A stretch of 64,000 nucleotides of DNA from a bacterium (lineage in GTDB: Bacteria; UBA8248; JACPRG01; G963555815), in assembly GCA_963555815.3 (NCBI GenBank), contig CAUVWX020000002.1, positions 544,001-608,000 of the forward strand, read 5' to 3'. Shown piece by piece: positions 9,273 to 21,101 of the stretch. The notes below the pieces were generated by a model, which was given only the letters and a program-made list of their open reading frames with translations, was not told where the DNA came from and did not search any database. The stretch's first letter is position 1. Each line of letters begins with the position of its first letter. A program made the translations under genes and the position numbers.

Positions 9273-10073
9273 ATGGATCCCCCTTTTCCCTCAGCGCTCA
9301 CCATCGCGGGCTCCGATTCGGGAGGTGGGGCCGGCGTCCAGGCGGACCTCAAGACGTTCACCGTCCTGGGGGTCTTCGGGGCCTCGGTCCTCACAGCCCT
9401 CACGGCTCAAAACACGCTCGGAGTCCAGGCCGTCCACGCCGTCCCTCCCGATTTCGTCGCTCAGCAGATGGACTCCGTCCTCACCGACATTCCCATCCAG
9501 GCGGCCAAGACGGGGATGCTGGCCGACGCCGCCATCGTTGAGGTGGTGGCGGCAAAGATCAGGCAATACCAAGTGCGCCCCCTGGTGGTGGACCCCGTCA
9601 TGGTGGCGAAGTCAGGAGACCGTCTTCTGGCTAAGGGGGCCGAGCAGGCCCTCATCCGGGAGCTCCTGCCCCTCGCCACCCTCATAACGCCAAACCTGGG
9701 CGAGGCGGAGATCTTACTCGGGAGTCCGGTGCGAGACCTCCCGGCCATGCGGGAGGCCGCAAAGCGTCTCTTCAACTTCGGCTGCGGGGCCGTCCTCGTC
9801 AAGGGGGGTCACCTCCCCGATGGGGCCACCGACGTCCTATACGACGGAGAGGAGGTCACCGAGTTCCCAGCCCCCCATCTTGACACCCAAAACACCCATG
9901 GGACCGGCTGCACGCTCTCGGCGGCCGTCGCCGGATATCTAGCCCAGGCGCTTCCTCTTCGCGAGGCTGTCCGGGCGGCGAAGGAGTTCATCACGGAGGC
10001 CGTTGCCAGGGCCCCCGAAGGGCTCGGGGCTGGTCATGGCCCACTTCATCATATGCACCGGATTCGACCCTGA
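9273..10073 (+). CDS. thiD: Hydroxymethylpyrimidine/phosphomethylpyrimidine kinase
   Basis: [41 protein letters not shown]. Confidence 0.95.
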   Translation: MDPPFPSALTIAGSDSGGGAGVQADLKTFTVLGVFGASVLTALTAQNTLGVQAVHAVPPDFVAQQMDSVLTDIPIQAAKTGMLADAAIVEVVAAKIRQYQVRPLVVDPVMVAKSGDRLLAKGAEQALIRELLPLATLITPNLGEAEILLGSPVRDLPAMREAAKRLFNFGCGAVLVKGGHLPDGATDVLYDGEEVTEFPAPHLDTQNTHGTGCTLSAAVAGYLAQALPLREAVRAAKEFITEAVARAPEGLGAGHGPLHHMHRIRP

Positions 10074-10095
10074 ACCGAATCCCTCAGGAGGCACT

Positions 10096-10497
10096 ATGGA
10101 CCGAGATGAAGCCCTGAAATTTCTTGAGGAAAATCACCGGGGGGTGTTGGCCGTCGTGGGCAGGGGCGGAAACCCTCATCTCTCGCCTATCTTCTTCGCC
10201 CTCATGGACGGGAAGATCCGAATCTCCTCTGCCTGGGATCGGGTGAAAACGAAACACCTGAAGCAAGACCCGAGGGCCTCCCTGTGCGCTCTCACAGAGG
10301 AGTTTCATCCTTACCTCACCGTGGAGGGGAAGATAGAATTGCTCTCAGATCCGGATGGGAGAAAGAACCTCGATCTCTATCAGGCCATCACGGGAGGCCC
10401 GCCCAAAAACCTCGCGGAGTATTTTGAGGCGATGAAGCGGGAAAAAAGGCTGGTCTATGAAATGACAATTGAGGGAATGTACCCTCTGGAAAAGTAA
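10096..10497 (+). CDS. PPOX-class (F420/FMN-binding split-barrel) oxidoreductase
   Basis: GVLA...G.PHLSPI, RVKTKHLKQDPRASL, YLTVEG. RBS AGGAGG. Confidence 0.8.
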   Translation: MDRDEALKFLEENHRGVLAVVGRGGNPHLSPIFFALMDGKIRISSAWDRVKTKHLKQDPRASLCALTEEFHPYLTVEGKIELLSDPDGRKNLDLYQAITGGPPKNLAEYFEAMKREKRLVYEMTIEGMYPLEK

Positions 10498-10527
10498 TCT
10501 CCAACTACAATCTTCGAGACGCCGTTC

Positions 10528-12450
10528 CTAAAGTTGAAGTAGAAATCCCGGCGAGATGTCCACGTCGGCACGGCCCCTGGCGTTCTCAAGCCACTGCTGA
10601 TAAATCACCCTCTTCTTGTTCTCCAGGATCTGGCTTCGAAAGTTCTCTGCCTCGGCTCCATCCTCGGCAAGCTTTGAAAGGTCTGCCTGGCGGCGTTCCG
10701 CCAGGACGAATACAAGCCTGTCCCCATCTAGCACTATCTCGGCCCCATCGCCCTCTTCCAGACCAAAGGCCACCTGGTAAAAATCGTTTCCGGGGCGCAG
10801 ATCAGGGACATCATCCGATCGGCGGAAAAGAGGCGTTTCCCGAACAGCGAGCCCCAGGTCACTCGCTACTTCGTCAAGACTCTTTCGGCCCTGGATAGCC
10901 GCCACCATCTCCTTTGCCCTGTCAGCAGCCCGGTTTTCCCCTTCGACCCGCCGCCAGACCTTTTCCACGTCCTCCCGAATTTCCTCAAGGGGTGGAAACC
11001 GGGAGGACGCTTCATCCAGGAGACGGATGAGATACCATCCACCTTCCCCCTCGACAGCCTCTCCCACTTCACCCTTCGTTAGCTGGAAGGCCGCGGTCGC
11101 CACTGCCTGTAAATCGGGAAGGAGAAGGCCCTCCCCCGCCGCCGAGAAGAAGTCAGAAGTCACCCGCTTGAGACCCGGACTCTCGGGAAAACTATCAAAG
11201 CGTTGTCCCTCATCCACGTTAATCAACGCCTGATTGATCAGGTTCCGGGCCTCCTCGTCAGCCTGGGTGGACCGAAGGATATCCAAGATGGCGGCCCTGA
11301 CCTCCTCCAGAGGCTGGGCGCCCTCGGATTGGATCTCCTCCAGTTGAATGAGGTGGAAGCCAAAGCGGCTCTGGACGGGACCGCGGACTTCGCCCACCTC
11401 CATGTTGAAGGCTGTCTCCTCAAAGGCCGGGTCGAATTCCCCGCGGCGGAAGAAACCCAGGTCTCCCCCCTCGTCCCTGTTGGGGTCTTCAGAGTGGATC
11501 TTGACAAGGGCCACGAAATCGCCGCCCTCTTGGATCTCTGCCAAGACGGCCTCGGCCTTTTCCCGGATCTCGGAAGTCCTGTCAGGGCCAGTCTCCGGAG
11601 CCATCTTGAAAAGGATATGCCGGGCCCGGCGACGCTCAGGCTGCTGGTAATCCGACTGACGGAACTCGTAGTAGCGGGTCACGTTTTCGTCCGTAACCTC
11701 GACCTGTCCCTCGAGTTCCAAGAGGTCGGCGAAGTAATATTCAATTTTGACTTTTCGGGGCTCCCGAAACTCCTCCTTGCGTTCCTCGTAGAGGTCTTTG
11801 ATCGCCTGCTCATCGGGGGCTACGGATGAGTCCAAATCTTCCGCTGGGAGTCGGATATACCGAACCTTGATCCGCTCGTTGTTCCAGAGATAGGCCTCCT
11901 CCAGCTCGGCGGGCAAAAGCCTGACCCCATTGATGATGAGGCCTTCCAGCCTCTGGATCAGAAGGGCCTGCCGCTGTCCCTCCTCAAAAACCTCGGGCGG
12001 GATACGGCTATGGCGAAGGGACTGAAGATAAAAATCTCGATCAAAGCGGCCCAGCCGCTGAAACTGTGGGAGTGAACTGATGACTCTCGCCACCTCGGCG
12101 TCCGAGATTTCCAAGCCCGCCCGGCGCGCCTCGATGAGCTGCACCCGAGTCCCGACCAAGTTGTCCAGGGCGCGCCTTCCAATCTGAAGCTGGGAGACAA
12201 GCTGGTCATCAAATGCGTTCCCGTAAAGCCGGCGGTAGAGGTTGTAAGTCCTTTGGTAGGCCTCATGATACTCGGCGAGGAAGATGTCCTCTCCTCCAAC
12301 ACTTGCCACCACATCTCTACTCACCGTTTGGTAGGGCCGGTGGAGGGCATTCCAGCCGAAAAAGCCAACGAAGCTCATGGCCACCATCACGAGGAGACCC
12401 TTGACGAACCAGGAATTAGCGAAACCCCTCATGTATCTCAGCATGGACAT
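10528..12450 (-). CDS. ppiD: PpiD/SurA-type peptidyl-prolyl isomerase chaperone
   Basis: N-terminal TM anchor, SurA-N domain, and parvulin domain (RRARHIL, HSED, GGDLGFF, SRFGFHLI). Confidence 0.85.
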   Translation of the reverse strand: MSMLRYMRGFANSWFVKGLLVMVAMSFVGFFGWNALHRPYQTVSRDVVASVGGEDIFLAEYHEAYQRTYNLYRRLYGNAFDDQLVSQLQIGRRALDNLVGTRVQLIEARRAGLEISDAEVARVISSLPQFQRLGRFDRDFYLQSLRHSRIPPEVFEEGQRQALLIQRLEGLIINGVRLLPAELEEAYLWNNERIKVRYIRLPAEDLDSSVAPDEQAIKDLYEERKEEFREPRKVKIEYYFADLLELEGQVEVTDENVTRYYEFRQSDYQQPERRRARHILFKMAPETGPDRTSEIREKAEAVLAEIQEGGDFVALVKIHSEDPNRDEGGDLGFFRRGEFDPAFEETAFNMEVGEVRGPVQSRFGFHLIQLEEIQSEGAQPLEEVRAAILDILRSTQADEEARNLINQALINVDEGQRFDSFPESPGLKRVTSDFFSAAGEGLLLPDLQAVATAAFQLTKGEVGEAVEGEGGWYLIRLLDEASSRFPPLEEIREDVEKVWRRVEGENRAADRAKEMVAAIQGRKSLDEVASDLGLAVRETPLFRRSDDVPDLRPGNDFYQVAFGLEEGDGAEIVLDGDRLVFVLAERRQADLSKLAEDGAEAENFRSQILENKKRVIYQQWLENARGRADVDISPGFLLQL

Positions 12451-12673
12451 TCCCCCCGCTGTTATTTATCCCAAAAGCGATTTAAGATTAGCGTAGAATA
12501 ACCCCCCTCTGCGCTGCAACCCTTTTCTTACAGGGCCGCGGAAGCCCCCTTCGCAGGCGGTATCCTGGGGGACAACAAAAAAAGCTTGATTTTACGAATC
12601 TATTTCTTGAACTACCCGACCTTTTGGCATAGAATTGCTTGGCTTTCGAGGTGGGGGGGTAGGGCCTCTCTGA

Positions 12674-13729
<1,056 letters not shown>

Positions 13730-13743
13730 CATAGAGGCCTCAA

Positions 13744-14559
13744 ATGAGACGGCCTCCTAATCGGCGTCAGGACATCATCTTGCTCCTGGGGCTTTTTCTC
13801 CTCACCTTCACGAGCATGACGGTCCACCTCCGCTGGCAAGATGCGACCAGCCCCGCCAGTAGGGTCGTCCTGGAGTTTTTAGGAACCCTTCAGGCCTGGG
13901 GCCAAAAGCCCATTGAGGCCCTGGGTGGTTTCTTTGGGAATTTCACCAGCGCTCAGACCCTTCGGGAAGAGAACGACAGGCTTCGGACCGAGGTGGGGCG
14001 TCTTCAACAGGCCCAAAGCCAGTTCGAAGAGTTTCGGCTTCGCCATAATCGCTTACAAGCCCTCCTGGATTTTCAAGAGACCTCCAGGCTGAAGACGGTG
14101 GCCGCGTCCGTCATCGGACGGGACGCCACCAATTGGTCCAAGACCATCACCCTCGACCGGGGCTCTGAGGCGGGGCTCGCAGAGAACATGCCGGTCATCA
14201 CCCATGAGGGAATCGTAGGGCACCTCATCCGCGTCAGCAGCTCCAAGTCTCAGGTCCTCCTGATCTCAGACCATCGGGGTGCTGTGGATGCCCGCATCCA
14301 GCGGTCCCGGGCCAGCGGGGTCTTTGTGTCCAACCCTCAAGGAGCGGGGCAGCTGAAGTACGTGCCCGAGGACGCAGAGGTGAAACCTGGGGACACCGTG
14401 ATTTCTTCGGGCCTCGGCGACCTCTACCCAAAGGGGCTGGTGGTGGGAAAGGTGGAGAAGGTGAAACAGAACGGAGATGGGCTCTTTCAGAGCGTGGAGG
14501 TGGCACCGGCCGTGGATTTCTCCCGGTTGGAAGATGTTCTCATTGTCCTAAAACCCTGA
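13744..14559 (+). CDS. mreC: Rod shape-determining protein MreC
   Basis: TM helix, coiled coil, GDTVISSGLGDLYPKGL motif; follows mreB. Confidence 0.95.
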   Translation: MRRPPNRRQDIILLLGLFLLTFTSMTVHLRWQDATSPASRVVLEFLGTLQAWGQKPIEALGGFFGNFTSAQTLREENDRLRTEVGRLQQAQSQFEEFRLRHNRLQALLDFQETSRLKTVAASVIGRDATNWSKTITLDRGSEAGLAENMPVITHEGIVGHLIRVSSSKSQVLLISDHRGAVDARIQRSRASGVFVSNPQGAGQLKYVPEDAEVKPGDTVISSGLGDLYPKGLVVGKVEKVKQNGDGLFQSVEVAPAVDFSRLEDVLIVLKP

Positions 14560-14567
14560 GTTTCTAG

Positions 14568-15098
14568 ATGGTCATTGTCTACACTGGCCTTGTTGTCCTG
14601 ATCGCCATTGTCTTTCAGACCACCGTCGCAGAGTATTTCCTGGAAACCGTTGGGGCGAAACCCGATCTCCTGCTTGTCCTGGCCTTAGTCCTGGGTCTCA
14701 TGCGAGGCAAAGGGGGGGGAGCCGTCTTAGGCTGCCTCCTGGGCTTCTTGCAAGACATCCTGTCTGGAGGCCTCCTCGGCATCAACGCTCTCTCTAAGGG
14801 CCTCATCGGTTTTGGGGCAGGGGCCTTCAGAAGGGATCTGATGTCTTTCCACCCGCTGGTTCAGGCCTTCTTCTTCGCCCTGGCTACCGCCTTTGACGCC
14901 GCTTTAAACCTCATTCTAGGCTTCCTCCTCTCTCCCCTGCCCGGCGGGATAGAGGGGATAGCAGGGGTCCTCTTAAGGCTCCTCGTCCTGCACGCCGTGA
15001 TAGGTCCCCCTATCCTCTGGGCCCTTGGCCGCCTGGAGTCCCGCTGGACTGATCGTGGGGGGGTCAGGGGCCCTGCGCCTCTTCGGAAACGAGGATGA
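14568..15098 (+). CDS. mreD: Rod shape-determining protein MreD
   Basis: Hydrophobic protein with PDLLL and GFLQD motifs; operon position. Confidence 0.9.
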   Translation: MVIVYTGLVVLIAIVFQTTVAEYFLETVGAKPDLLLVLALVLGLMRGKGGGAVLGCLLGFLQDILSGGLLGINALSKGLIGFGAGAFRRDLMSFHPLVQAFFFALATAFDAALNLILGFLLSPLPGGIEGIAGVLLRLLVLHAVIGPPILWALGRLESRWTDRGGVRGPAPLRKRG

Positions 15099-16966
15099 GA
15101 CTCGGCCTACGGAAATTCGGACAGCCTCTTCCAAGCAGGGTGAAAAGCGGCATCTTTTTCCTCGCAGTGGTTTCACTGGCTTGTTTTGGCCTCCTTATGA
15201 TCCGGCTTTGGTCTCTCCAGGTCATCCGCGGGGAGGAGTTTCACCAGCGCTCGGAGAACAACCGGATCAGCATCCAAGTCATCCCGAGCCCGCGGGGGCT
15301 CATCCTGGACCGAAAGGGCGAGGTCCTGGCAACCAGTCGCCCTGCCTTCCACCTCGCCCTGCTTCCCTATGCCGTCCCGGACCTCCCCGGGACTCTGGAG
15401 CTCCTTGGGCCTCGAGTCGGGCTGGATATGGAGGAGACCAGGGCCAGACTTGAACGGGCCAACGCCTTTAAACCAGTCGTCATTCGGCACGACATCCCGC
15501 GCGAGGCCGTCGCCTATTTAGAGGAGCACCGCCTTCAGTTCCCGGGCGTCCTCCTTCAGGTAGAACCCCTTCGCAATTACCCCGCCAAGGTCCAGCCCGC
15601 CCATGTGCTCGGCTATGTGGGAGAGGTGAACGAGGCCGAAATCCGACAGAAGGACCGGTCATACCGGTTGGGAGATTTCATCGGCCGGCAGGGGCTAGAA
15701 CGGGATTTTGAGGATTTCCTCCGTGGGGTCCCGGGCAGGCGCTGGGTCGAGGTGGACGCCTTCGGGCGAGAGCAAAGGGTCCTCAAGGAGCAACCCTACG
15801 GACCTGGAAAGAATTTGATTCTGACGCTCGATGCTTCCCTTCAAGAAAAGGCGGAGAGCTTGCTCGGCGACACGGTGGGAACCATCATTGCCGTGGACCC
15901 CCGAAACGGAGAGGTCCTGGCCATGGCGAGCCAGCCCCGCTTTGACCCCAACGCCTTCGCAGGGGGCATATCGGTCAACGCCTGGAAAGAGCTCACCTCA
16001 GACGCCCTGCACCCCTTGGAGGATCGGGCCACCCGCGGCCAATATCCCCCTGGCTCCGTCTTCAAGATCGCAGTGGCGGCTGCGGCCCTGCAAGAGGGCG
16101 CGATAAAGGAGGACGAGGAGCTCTTTTGTCCGGGCCACCTGGTGTTCGGGGGACGGACCTACCGGGACTGGCGCCCCGAAGGCCACGGATGGGTGAACAT
16201 TCACCAGGCCCTCGTCGAGTCCTGCGATGTCTTTTTCTGGAAGGTCGGGCTGCGCCTGGGGATCGACGCCATCGCCAGACACGCCCGGGCTTTTGGGCTG
16301 GGAGATTCCACGGGCCTTCGGGACCAGGGGGAGAAGGAGGGCATCGTCCCCTCCCCCGAATGGAAACTGGAGAACATAGGGGAGCCCTGGTATCCCGGAG
16401 AGACCCTCTCGGCCTCCATCGGGCAGGGCTACACCGTGGTGACCCCTATCCAGATGGCGGTCCTCATCAGCGCCATTGCCAACGAGGGGACGCTCTACGA
16501 GCCCCGGTTGGTCTTGCAGGTCGAGGAACCAGATGGACGGGTAATCCAAACCTTTGGGCCTAAAATGAGAGGACGTCTTCCCATCCAACCTCAATACATT
16601 GACATGATCCGCCGGGGCCTTCGGGGGGTCGTCAACGAGGAACGCGGGACAGGTTCTCTGGCTCGCATCCAAAACATCCAGGTGGCTGGAAAGACCGGGA
16701 CTGCCCAGGTCATCAGGCTGAGGAAAAGGCATGACCAGAAGGAACAGGAGACCAGGCCAAGAGAGCTGCGGGACCACGGCTGGTTTGTGGCTTTCGCTCC
16801 CTATGAAAATGCCACCATTGCTGTGGTCGTCCTTGGAGAACACGGAGGCCTGGCAGGAGGCCGCTACGCCCCTCTAGCGCGCGAGGTCATCGCCCATCAC
16901 TTGAATATGTCCAGGGAAGAACCCGGAAGTGAGCCCGCCAGCGACGGCGAGGGGGGGCACCCCTGA
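15095..16966 (+). CDS. mrdA: Penicillin-binding protein 2
   Basis: PRGLILDR, YPPGSVFK (SxxK), SCD, KTGT. Confidence 0.95.
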   Translation: MRLGLRKFGQPLPSRVKSGIFFLAVVSLACFGLLMIRLWSLQVIRGEEFHQRSENNRISIQVIPSPRGLILDRKGEVLATSRPAFHLALLPYAVPDLPGTLELLGPRVGLDMEETRARLERANAFKPVVIRHDIPREAVAYLEEHRLQFPGVLLQVEPLRNYPAKVQPAHVLGYVGEVNEAEIRQKDRSYRLGDFIGRQGLERDFEDFLRGVPGRRWVEVDAFGREQRVLKEQPYGPGKNLILTLDASLQEKAESLLGDTVGTIIAVDPRNGEVLAMASQPRFDPNAFAGGISVNAWKELTSDALHPLEDRATRGQYPPGSVFKIAVAAAALQEGAIKEDEELFCPGHLVFGGRTYRDWRPEGHGWVNIHQALVESCDVFFWKVGLRLGIDAIARHARAFGLGDSTGLRDQGEKEGIVPSPEWKLENIGEPWYPGETLSASIGQGYTVVTPIQMAVLISAIANEGTLYEPRLVLQVEEPDGRVIQTFGPKMRGRLPIQPQYIDMIRRGLRGVVNEERGTGSLARIQNIQVAGKTGTAQVIRLRKRHDQKEQETRPRELRDHGWFVAFAPYENATIAVVVLGEHGGLAGGRYAPLAREVIAHHLNMSREEPGSEPASDGEGGHP

Positions 16967-18072
16967 TGATCGATCGGCGCCTGCTCGCAAATATGGACTG
17001 GGTCCTGGTCGGCACCGTCCTGATCATCTGCTTAACGGGGATCTTTATGGTTTACAGCGCCACCTACACCAAAATCGAGGGGGCGTTGAGTGGGCTCTCT
17101 CTTCGCCAGCTATATTGGCTGGGGTATGGCTTGGCGGGGCTAACGGTCCTGCTGTTTCTGGACTACCATCTTTTCCAGCGTTACGGTTATCTCCTTTTTT
17201 TCCTGTCTCTACTTCTGTTGATCTTGGTCCCCATCACCGGACGAATCGTCTCGGGGGCACAGCGCTGGCTCATCTTCGGGCCCTTTCGGGTCCAGCCCGC
17301 CGAATTTGCCAAGCTCGCCCTGATCCTGGCCCTGGCCAAGTATTTTTCTGAGACCGCGAGGGAGCCTCCTCTCCGCCTAAGAGACCTGGCCCTTCCGGTG
17401 TGCTTGATCGGAGTCCCGGCATTCCTGGTGGCCGCCCAACCCGACCTCGGAAGTGCCCTCCTCCTGATCTTTCTCGGGGGGTCCATCCTGGTCGTCGCCG
17501 GGCTTCGCCGGGGAACCCTGTTGACCCTGGCCCTGGGGGGGATGAGTCTCGCACCCATCGGGTGGTTCTTCCTGAAGGGATACCAGAAGCAGCGGATCTT
17601 GACGGTCTTCTACGGCGCGGGCGCGGATCCTTTGGGGGCTGGCTACCAGAGTCTCCAGTCCCAAATCGCGGTGGGGTCCGGCGGAATCTGGGGGAAGGGC
17701 CTCCTGGCGGGGACCCAGAGCCAGCTCCACTTTCTCCCCGAACAACACACCGATTTTCTCTTCGCCGTCTTCGCCGAGGAATTGGGTTTCCTCGCCGTCG
17801 CCGCCCTGCTCGCGCTCTACTGTCTTCTCCTCGTGCGGGGAGCCCAGATCGCCTACCGAAGCCGGGACCTCTTCGGAGCCCTGGTGGCCTTGGGAGTCGT
17901 GGCCTCCATCGGCTTACAAACGATCCTCAATGTGGCCATGACGACGGGCCTCATCCCCATTGTCGGCCTCCCCCTCCCCTTCATGAGCTATGGGGGATCG
18001 GCCCTCGTCTCCCAGCTCCTTGGCGTGGGTCTGCTTCTCAGCATCCGAATGCGCCGCTTCGTCAACTACTAA
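16966..18072 (+). CDS. rodA: Rod shape-determining SEDS protein RodA
   Basis: GAQRW, QPAEFAK, QPDLG, LPEQHTDF, PFMSYGGS. Confidence 0.95.
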   Translation: MIDRRLLANMDWVLVGTVLIICLTGIFMVYSATYTKIEGALSGLSLRQLYWLGYGLAGLTVLLFLDYHLFQRYGYLLFFLSLLLLILVPITGRIVSGAQRWLIFGPFRVQPAEFAKLALILALAKYFSETAREPPLRLRDLALPVCLIGVPAFLVAAQPDLGSALLLIFLGGSILVVAGLRRGTLLTLALGGMSLAPIGWFFLKGYQKQRILTVFYGAGADPLGAGYQSLQSQIAVGSGGIWGKGLLAGTQSQLHFLPEQHTDFLFAVFAEELGFLAVAALLALYCLLLVRGAQIAYRSRDLFGALVALGVVASIGLQTILNVAMTTGLIPIVGLPLPFMSYGGSALVSQLLGVGLLLSIRMRRFVNY

Positions 18073-18219
18073 AACATCCCTGACCTCCCCTCGGGGCCCG
18101 CTTGACTTTCACAAGCCAAGGCTTAACCTTCCTTACAAGTAGCCAGGATATCAATAGGTGCTCCGTCAACGCCCGGGGTGTGGATTGGTGCCCAATTTTC
18201 AATAAGTTGAGGGAATTTT

Positions 18220-19737
18220 ATGGCAAGCGAGTTCATCGTCAACGCAGAGCCCCAGGAGACCCGTGTGGCCCTCCTAGAGAACAAGGTGGTCACAGAACTC
18301 TATGTGGAGCGAAAGCGGGACGAGGGGATCGTGGGAAACGTCTACAAGGGAAAAGTGACCCGGATCCTTCCCGGGATGCAGGCTGCCTTTGTGGACATCG
18401 GCCTCGAGAAGGCGGGATTCCTCTATGTGGCTGATGTTGACGTGGAACACGGAGAATATGGCCGCCTCTACGAGGAGGATGAAGAGCCAGATATCGAGTT
18501 CGACCGCCGAGCGCGCACGCGTCGAACCCCAACCGCCCCCATTGAGAACCTCCTCCAGACGAGCCAGGACATCCTGGTCCAGGTGACCAAGGATCCCATC
18601 GGGACAAAGGGTTGCCGCCTCACCTCCTACGTCACCCTGCCCGGAAGGTATCTCGTCTTCATGCCGACCATAGACCAGGTGGGGGTCTCCCGACGCATCG
18701 GGGACGACGGGGAGCGAAAGCGCCTGAAAAAGCTTGTGCGGCGCCTCAAGGCCGACGGGGCGGGCTACATTGTGCGGACCGTCGCCGAGGGCCTGGAGGA
18801 GGAGGAGTTTCAGAGGGACGCCCAGTTCCTCTCGACCCTCTGGAATAAGGTCCGCGAGGCCGAGGAGCAAGCGATGGCGCCGGCCATCCTCCACGACGAC
18901 CTGAACCTGGTCTCTCGGACCATCCGGGACCTCTTCACCGAGGACATCGAGCACATGTTCATCGACTCCCCTGAGGTATACGCTGAGACCCGGGAGTTCG
19001 TGGAGACGTTTTATCCCCACCTGGCCTCTCGAATTGAGCACTACCAGGGGCGAGAGCCCATCTTCGATGCCCACGGCGTGGAGCTGGAGATCGAGCGTGC
19101 CCTGGGCCGCCGGGTCTGGCTCAAGTCGGGAGGCTACATCGTCATTGACCAGACCGAGGCCCTCGTCAGCATCGATGTCAACACGGGCCGATTCGTCGGA
19201 AAACGCAACCCCGAGGAGACCATCCTCAAGACCAACCTGGAGGCCATCAAAGAGGTCGTCTACCAACTTCGTCTGCGGAACATCGGCGGGATCATCATTA
19301 TCGACTTCATCGACATGGAGCGGGGGGATAGTAAGGAGAAGGTCTTCGAGACCCTGGCCCAGGAACTTCGATCCGACCGATCCCGCACGAGAATCCTGAA
19401 GATCTCAGAGCTCGGCCTCGTGGAGATGACCCGAAAGCGGGTGCGGGATAGCCTCGGCTCGTTCCTCTGTCACCCCTGCCCTTACTGCGACGGTCGGGGC
19501 GTGATTAAATCCACCACCACCGTCTGTTACGAGATCTTCCGAGAACTCAGGCGAGTCTCCAACCGAGAGGGGCCCGCCGAAAAAATTCTGGTCAACGCCC
19601 ACCCCGCCGTAGCGGACCTCCTCCTGGAAGAGGAAAGCGTCTATCTGGAGCATATCGAGAAACAGCTCCAGACCAAGGTGGTGGTGAAGGCCGACAAGGA
19701 CCTCCACCGGGAAGGTTTTGAGGTGATGGCCCTCTGA
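18220..19737 (+). CDS. rng: Ribonuclease G (Rne/Rng family)
   Basis: S1 domain GNVYKG...PGMQAAFVDIG, DVNTG, LRLRNIGGIIIIDFIDM, CPYC. No long C-terminal tail. Confidence 0.92.
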   Translation: MASEFIVNAEPQETRVALLENKVVTELYVERKRDEGIVGNVYKGKVTRILPGMQAAFVDIGLEKAGFLYVADVDVEHGEYGRLYEEDEEPDIEFDRRARTRRTPTAPIENLLQTSQDILVQVTKDPIGTKGCRLTSYVTLPGRYLVFMPTIDQVGVSRRIGDDGERKRLKKLVRRLKADGAGYIVRTVAEGLEEEEFQRDAQFLSTLWNKVREAEEQAMAPAILHDDLNLVSRTIRDLFTEDIEHMFIDSPEVYAETREFVETFYPHLASRIEHYQGREPIFDAHGVELEIERALGRRVWLKSGGYIVIDQTEALVSIDVNTGRFVGKRNPEETILKTNLEAIKEVVYQLRLRNIGGIIIIDFIDMERGDSKEKVFETLAQELRSDRSRTRILKISELGLVEMTRKRVRDSLGSFLCHPCPYCDGRGVIKSTTTVCYEIFRELRRVSNREGPAEKILVNAHPAVADLLLEEESVYLEHIEKQLQTKVVVKADKDLHREGFEVMAL

Positions 19738-19750
19738 GACCCCCCCCGCC

Positions 19751-19780
19751 TTGACAGGTTCTCTCACAGCCATCTATATT
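19751..19780 (+). promoter_or_regulatory. Sigma70-type promoter upstream of dprA
   Basis: TTGACA-18 nt-TATATT. Confidence 0.55.
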
Positions 19781-19859
19781 CCATCCCCGGCTCTCGGCGG
19801 GTTCCAGTCCATCAGAAGCCGCGGGAAAAGGCGTACTCCTGACCCTCTGGAGGGATTCT

Positions 19860-20963
19860 TTGGAAGCTCGCGGTGGACGGTCGGCGTGGATTGCCCTGAA
19901 CCTTCTTCCAGGTCTCACGCCGCGACAGGTTGAAGTTCTGCTGGCAGGCTTCGGAGGGCCGGAGGCCATCCTTGAGGCCACTGAGGCCGACCTCAAGGCG
20001 CGTGGTCGCCTTTCGGCCAAGTCCGCCTCTCGCGTGCGTGGATTTCAGCGGGAGAAGGCCCTCGAGGAAGAGCTGCGAGAGGCCGAACGTCTCAAGGTCA
20101 CGATCATGACCCGGGAGGAGCCTGAGTATCCCGCCTCCTTGCTGGCGATCCCCGACCCCCCACCCGTCCTCTATGTGCGAGGCGAACTCCTGGAGAGGGA
20201 TCGACTGGCCATCGCCATCGTGGGGACACGAAGGTCCACAACTTACGGCCGGCGGACCGCAGAGCGTCTTGGCCGGGGGCTTGCCGAGAAGGGACTCACG
20301 GTGGTGAGCGGCATGGCGCGGGGCGTCGACAGCGCTGCCCACCGGGGCGCCCTCTCGGGGAAAGGTCGTACCGTGGCCGTCTTCGGGAGCGGGCTTGCGA
20401 AGCTATATCCTCCTGAGGCAAAGGAGCTTTTTGACGCCATCGCACAGAGTGGGGCCGTTGTGTCCGAGTGGCCCCTCGCCACTCCTCCCCTCCCTCGCCA
20501 CTTCCCCCAGAGAAACCGGGTCATCAGTGGTCTCGCCCTGGGAACAGTGGTCGTGAAGGCGCCAAAGGCGAGCGGAGCCCTCATTACGGCCCGGTTGGCT
20601 GCGGAACAAGGCCGAGACGTGTTCGCCGTGCCAGGACGTGTGGACTCCCCCCAGAGCCGGGGCACCCACCATCTTCTCCGAGAGGGGGCCCAGCTCGTGG
20701 ATTCGGCCGAGGACATCCTGGCCGAACTTCCCCCCGAGCTGGTGGCCCTGCTTCCCTCGGTACAGGAGGTCCCCGGGAGTGCACCCCCCCTGCCCGCCCG
20801 AGAGGCCAAGGTCTTCACGCTGGTGGGCACGGGAGAAAAGCACATTGACCGCCTCATTGAGGAGAGCGCCTTGTCGGCGGGAGAAGTCTCTGGGGCCCTG
20901 ATGAGCCTTGAGCTCAAGGGGCTTGTCCGACAATTTCCCGGCAAAATCTTTGCCCGGGCCTGA
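19860..20963 (+). CDS. dprA: DNA-processing protein DprA
   Basis: AIVGTR, VVSGMARGVD, FPQRNRVISGL, SGALITA, C-terminal winged helix. Confidence 0.95.
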   Translation: MEARGGRSAWIALNLLPGLTPRQVEVLLAGFGGPEAILEATEADLKARGRLSAKSASRVRGFQREKALEEELREAERLKVTIMTREEPEYPASLLAIPDPPPVLYVRGELLERDRLAIAIVGTRRSTTYGRRTAERLGRGLAEKGLTVVSGMARGVDSAAHRGALSGKGRTVAVFGSGLAKLYPPEAKELFDAIAQSGAVVSEWPLATPPLPRHFPQRNRVISGLALGTVVVKAPKASGALITARLAAEQGRDVFAVPGRVDSPQSRGTHHLLREGAQLVDSAEDILAELPPELVALLPSVQEVPGSAPPLPAREAKVFTLVGTGEKHIDRLIEESALSAGEVSGALMSLELKGLVRQFPGKIFARA

Positions 20964-21101
20964 TGCGGTTTTAGGAATATATATAAGAAAGGGGTGTGCA
21001 ACCTCATGAGATTCACCGCCAGGCACACGGTTTCCGATCGGGTCTCAGGACCCCTCCCGCGCTTTGTACCGCGCGGGAAAAAGCCCTTCCCAAACTAAGC
21101 C

